In this document: piece by piece, positions 60,858 to 64,000 of the stretch
How the letters are laid out: each line of letters opens with the position of its first letter
Numbering within the stretch: the stretch's first letter is position 1
DNA from: Perkinsela sp. CCAP 1560/9
Lineage: Eukaryota > Protista > Euglenozoa: Kinetoplastea
Direction of reading: 5' to 3'
DNA: 64,000 nt
Assembly: GCA_965644495.1 (NCBI GenBank)
Contig: CBFFSA010000019.1
Span: forward strand, 175,555-239,554
Notes under the pieces: model-generated
Told to the model about the DNA's origin: nothing
Seen by the model: the letters and a program-made list of their open reading frames with translations, nothing else
Database searches by the model: none
Position numbers and translations under genes: made by a program

Positions 60858-61924
60858 TTTTTGCGATTCTCTTCGTTCACAATCGTGTGGCCGCTTTTGG
60901 GCGCGCGCGAGAGACGCAACGTGAATCGCAGAAGCAATGGTACATTTTAGGGTATTTTCTTTGCTGAAATGAAGTCTTTTTGGCCTGTGTAGCAGATGAC
61001 GTTTTGGCGGCAGAGACGGTGAATGGGTAGATGGCCGTGCGCGTGTCAAATGTAAAAGCCATAAAAGTGTACCGCTTTTTAGCGCATCATATCTTAAAAT
61101 TCAAAATGACGTCAGATTTACCTCTTTCCGCCTGCACGGTGAAGGGGGGTTTTCAGATATCTCTGGACGCGACGTTTGCATGACTTCCGTGCATGGCGTG
61201 CGTCGATTGCGAAACGCCGAACCAGCAAGCTACACCTCCTGAGTGGTCGTGCTTCGCGCGATATTTTCTGTAGAGATAGAGTTTTTCCGTTAGTCAGTAT
61301 GATTGCGAAACAAAACGTGGGTTTCGCCAGTCCACTTTTTGTCCGTTCTTCCCTGAATCAAATCTTAAACAATTTTAACCCTTTCTAATTGATGAGTGTT
61401 CTGATCGCTCGTGCTTTGCTCTGATATTTGCTTTGGGCACTCTTTTCACATGATTTCACTGATACTATAAGACTTCCCCTCTTCTAACGCAAGAATTTGT
61501 TGTCATCGGACATTCTTTTAGTCAAATCAATGCTTGATTGCACAAGCTTCCTGCATCTCAAGGGGGGGGGTTGTATTTCTCTACACCTCTTTCACTTTTC
61601 ACCTGCTCTTCCAAGCAACAGGGTCACAGGGCGCGCGCGTATTGTAATAGTGTGGCGGAAAAACGTCGGTTTCACACGAAACTCGCATCCACCGTGCGAC
61701 CCCATTCCGTGGAGAACGATCTTTGTTTTCTTCGATCGCACTGATTCCGTTAGATGCACAGAGCGTGATTTCACGTGAATCGAACAATTCCGCGAGATAT
61801 TTTACTTGGGGCAAAGTAGGGCAGCACATGAACAATGAAAACAGGACGCGCAATGGCGCGGAAGACCTTCCACGTGACACCTTCCGAAACGCGTTCTGCA
61901 CAATCCAGGTATAAAACAACGAAT

Positions 61925-63627
61925 AGAAACGAAGAAAGAGGAAGAAAGAGGAAGAAAGAGGAAGAAAGAGGGAGAAAGAGGAAGAAAGAGGAAGAAAGAG
62001 GAAGAAAGAGGAAGAAAGAGGAAGAAAGAGGAAGAAAGAGGAAGAAAGAGGAAGAAAGAGGAAGAAAGAGGAAGAAAGAGGAAGAAAGAGGAAGAAAGAG
62101 GAAGAAAGAGGAAGAAAGAGGAAGAAAGAGGAAGAAAGAGGAAGAAAGAGGAAGAAAGAGGAAGAAAGAGGAAGAAAGAGGAAGAAAGAGGAAGAAAGAG
62201 GAAGAAAGAGGAAGAAAGAGGAAGAAAGAGGAAGAAAGAGGAAGAAAGAGGAAGAAAGAGGAAGAAAGAGGAAGAAAGAGGAAGAAAGAGGAAGAAAGAG
62301 GAAGAAAGAGGAAGAAAGAGGAAGAAAGAGGAAGAAAGAGGAAGAAAGAGGAAGAAAGAGGAAGAAAGAGGAAGAAAGAGGAAGAAAGAGGAAGAAAGAG
62401 GAAGAAAGAGGAAGAAAGAGGAAGAAAGAGGAAGAAAGAGGAAGAAAGAGGAAGAAAGAGGAAGAAAGAGGAAGAAAGAGGAAGAAAGAGGAAGAAAGAG
62501 GAAGAAAGAGGAAGAAAGAGGAAGAAAGAGGAAGAAAGAGGAAGAAAGAGGAAGAAAGAGGAAGAAAGAGGAAGAAAGAGGAAGAAAGAGGAAGAAAGAG
62601 GAAGAAAGAGGAAGAAAGAGGAAGAAAGAGGAAGAAAGAGGAAGAAAGAGGAAGAAAGAGGAAGAAAGAGGAAGAAAGAGGAAGAAAGAGGAAGAAAGAG
62701 GAAGAAAGAGGAAGAAAGAGGAAGAAAGAGGAAGAAAGAGGAAGAAAGAGGAAGAAAGAGGAAGAAAGAGGAAGAAAGAGGAAGAAAGAGGAAGAAAGAG
62801 GAAGAAAGAGGAAGAAAGAGGAAGAAAGAGGAAGAAAGAGGAAGAAAGAGGAAGAAAGAGGAAGAAAGAGGAAGAAAGAGGAAGAAAGAGGAAGAAAGAG
62901 GAAGAAAGAGGAAGAAAGAGGAAGAAAGAGGAAGAAAGAGGAAGAAAGAGGAAGAAAGAGGAAGAAAGAGGAAGAAAGAGGAAGAAAGAGGAAGAAAGAG
63001 GAAGAAAGAGGAAGAAAGAGGAAGAAAGAGGAAGAAAGAGGAAGAAAGAGGAAGAAAGAGGAAGAAAGAGGAAGAAAGAGGAAGAAAGAGGAAGAAAGAG
63101 GAAGAAAGAGGAAGAAAGAGGAAGAAAGAGGAAGAAAGAGGAAGAAAGAGGAAGAAAGAGGAAGAAAGAGGAAGAAAGAGGAAGAAAGAGGAAGAAAGAG
63201 GAAGAAAGAGGAAGAAAGAGGAAGAAAGAGGAAGAAAGAGGAAGAAAGAGGAAGAAAGAGGAAGAAAGAGGAAGAAAGAGGAAGAAAGAGGAAGAAAGAG
63301 GAAGAAAGAGGAAGAAAGAGGAAGAAAGAGGAAGAAAGAGGAAGAAAGAGGAAGAAAGAGAGGAAGAAAGAGGAAGAAAGAGGAAGAAAGAGGAAGAAAG
63401 AGGAAGAAAGAGGAAGAAAGAGGAAGAAAGAGGAAGAAAGAGGAAGAAAGAGGAAGAAAGAGGAAGAAAGAGGAAGAAAGAGGAAGAAAGAGGAAGAAAG
63501 AGGAAGAAAGAGGAAGAAAGAGGAAGAAAGAGGAAGAAAGAGGAAGAAAGAGGAAGAAAGAGGAAGAAAGAGGAAGAAAGAGGAAGAAAGAGGAAGAAAG
63601 AGGAAGAAAGAGGAAGAAAGAGGAAGA
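61925..63627 (+). repeat. (GAAGAAAGAG)n, ~170 copies; candidate telomeric tract
   Basis: Almost perfect purine-only decamer; variants only at the proximal edge (AGAAAC at 61925, GGAGAAAGAG at 61971) plus one AG slip at 63361. Confidence 0.95.
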
Positions 63628-63772
63628 TACCGATGACGATGAATTAACCCGCATACTTGCTATTTTGTTAGCAGACTGCTCACTAAAACAAGCAGTAAGC
63701 CTAGCAGTTAATATCACTGGCCACAGTAAAAATAAAATATATGCAATGGCACTTGCGCTACAAAAATCATGA
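63626..63772 (+). CDS. rsmI: 3' fragment of a bacterial-type 16S rRNA C1402 2'-O-methyltransferase
   Basis: RILAILLADCSLKQAVSLAVNITGHSKNKIYAMAL resembles the RsmI C-terminal helical domain (L..LL.E..LK.AA.LAA.ITG..KN.LY..AL). Recognised by eye. Confidence 0.65.
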   Translation, partial: DTDDDELTRILAILLADCSLKQAVSLAVNITGHSKNKIYAMALALQKS

Positions 63773-63917
63773 ACGCCTGCTTTGCAATAATTGGTCATTT
63801 TTGTGACGGATATCATGAATCATCAATGACAATAGGCAATGGAAATAGCATAATGGCCCATTGTATATAAACTCAAAAACAACTGCAAAATACAACTTAT
63901 TGAAAGAGAGTAATGTT

Positions 63918-64000
63918 ATGGCAAATAGTGCAAGCAATTCGATCATCGTACGTTTAGAGTTAGCCAATCGTACCAATTCACTATCACAGGTAACCCAAGC
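63918..64000 (+). CDS. 5' start of a bacterial ACT-domain protein (malic-enzyme-like N-terminus)
   Basis: GAAAGAGAG RBS-like motif, then MANSASNSIIVRLELANRTNSLSQVTQA, similar to the S.SI..RLE..NR.G.L..VT.A ACT start of bacterial NAD-malic enzymes; runs off the window. Confidence 0.5.
   Translation, partial: MANSASNSIIVRLELANRTNSLSQVTQ

Larger units (their letters stand above)
28136..61924 (+). repeat. Tandem array of a ~1.49-kb unit containing one tRNA-Ser(UGA), ~22 units
   Basis: Near-identical units with a period of mostly 1486-1494 bp; the same short ORFs recur in the track at that period; last unit truncated at 61924. Confidence 0.97.

Noticed and set aside
28234-61919. Recurrent 60-106-aa ORFs in each array unit
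   Set aside because: No recognisable domains; they overlap each other and the tRNA, and frames shift with homopolymer length between units.
28136-61924. Spliced-leader RNA or 5S rRNA tandem array (similar unit size in kinetoplastids)
   Set aside because: I could not find the SL exon core (CAGTTTCTGTACT..ATTG-GT) or a 5S sequence on either strand of the unit; a highly diverged SL cannot be excluded without RNA data.
61771-63816. 645-aa (EEERGRKRKK)n and 681-aa (SSSFFLFLPL)n ORFs
   Set aside because: Stop-free translation of a purine-only 10-bp repeat; not genes.

Overview
Eukaryotic, protist-type chromosome segment that looks like a chromosome end. From 1 to about 21 kb there is an intron-less gene cluster, almost all on the + strand, with pyrimidine tracts and AG ahead of start codons. 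Together with the style of the tRNA-Ser and the LRR family, this suggests a kinetoplastid or Perkinsela-like host (inference only). The cluster holds ISD11/LYRM4, a SAP-domain protein, a PIP5 kinase and seven paralogous LRR genes, one broken by a non-LTR retrotransposon fragment. It is interspersed with many MITE-like elements, and a triply nested DNA-transposon stack with a pogo-type transposase pseudogene follows at 22.1-25.5 kb. Distal to that come a 2.2-kb 18-bp satellite and a 34-kb tandem array of a ~1.49-kb unit, each unit carrying one tRNA-Ser(UGA) (21 full-length copies plus one broken one). One unit is interrupted by a 5'-truncated RTE-like LINE with an RNase H domain. The last unit is cut off and capped by ~170 copies of the purine-only decamer GAAGAAAGAG, a candidate non-canonical telomere. 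The final ~370 bp look bacterial (rsmI 3' end and the start of an ACT-domain protein) and are probably an assembly chimera. Most short ORFs in the track from 26 to 63.6 kb are by-products of the repeats.
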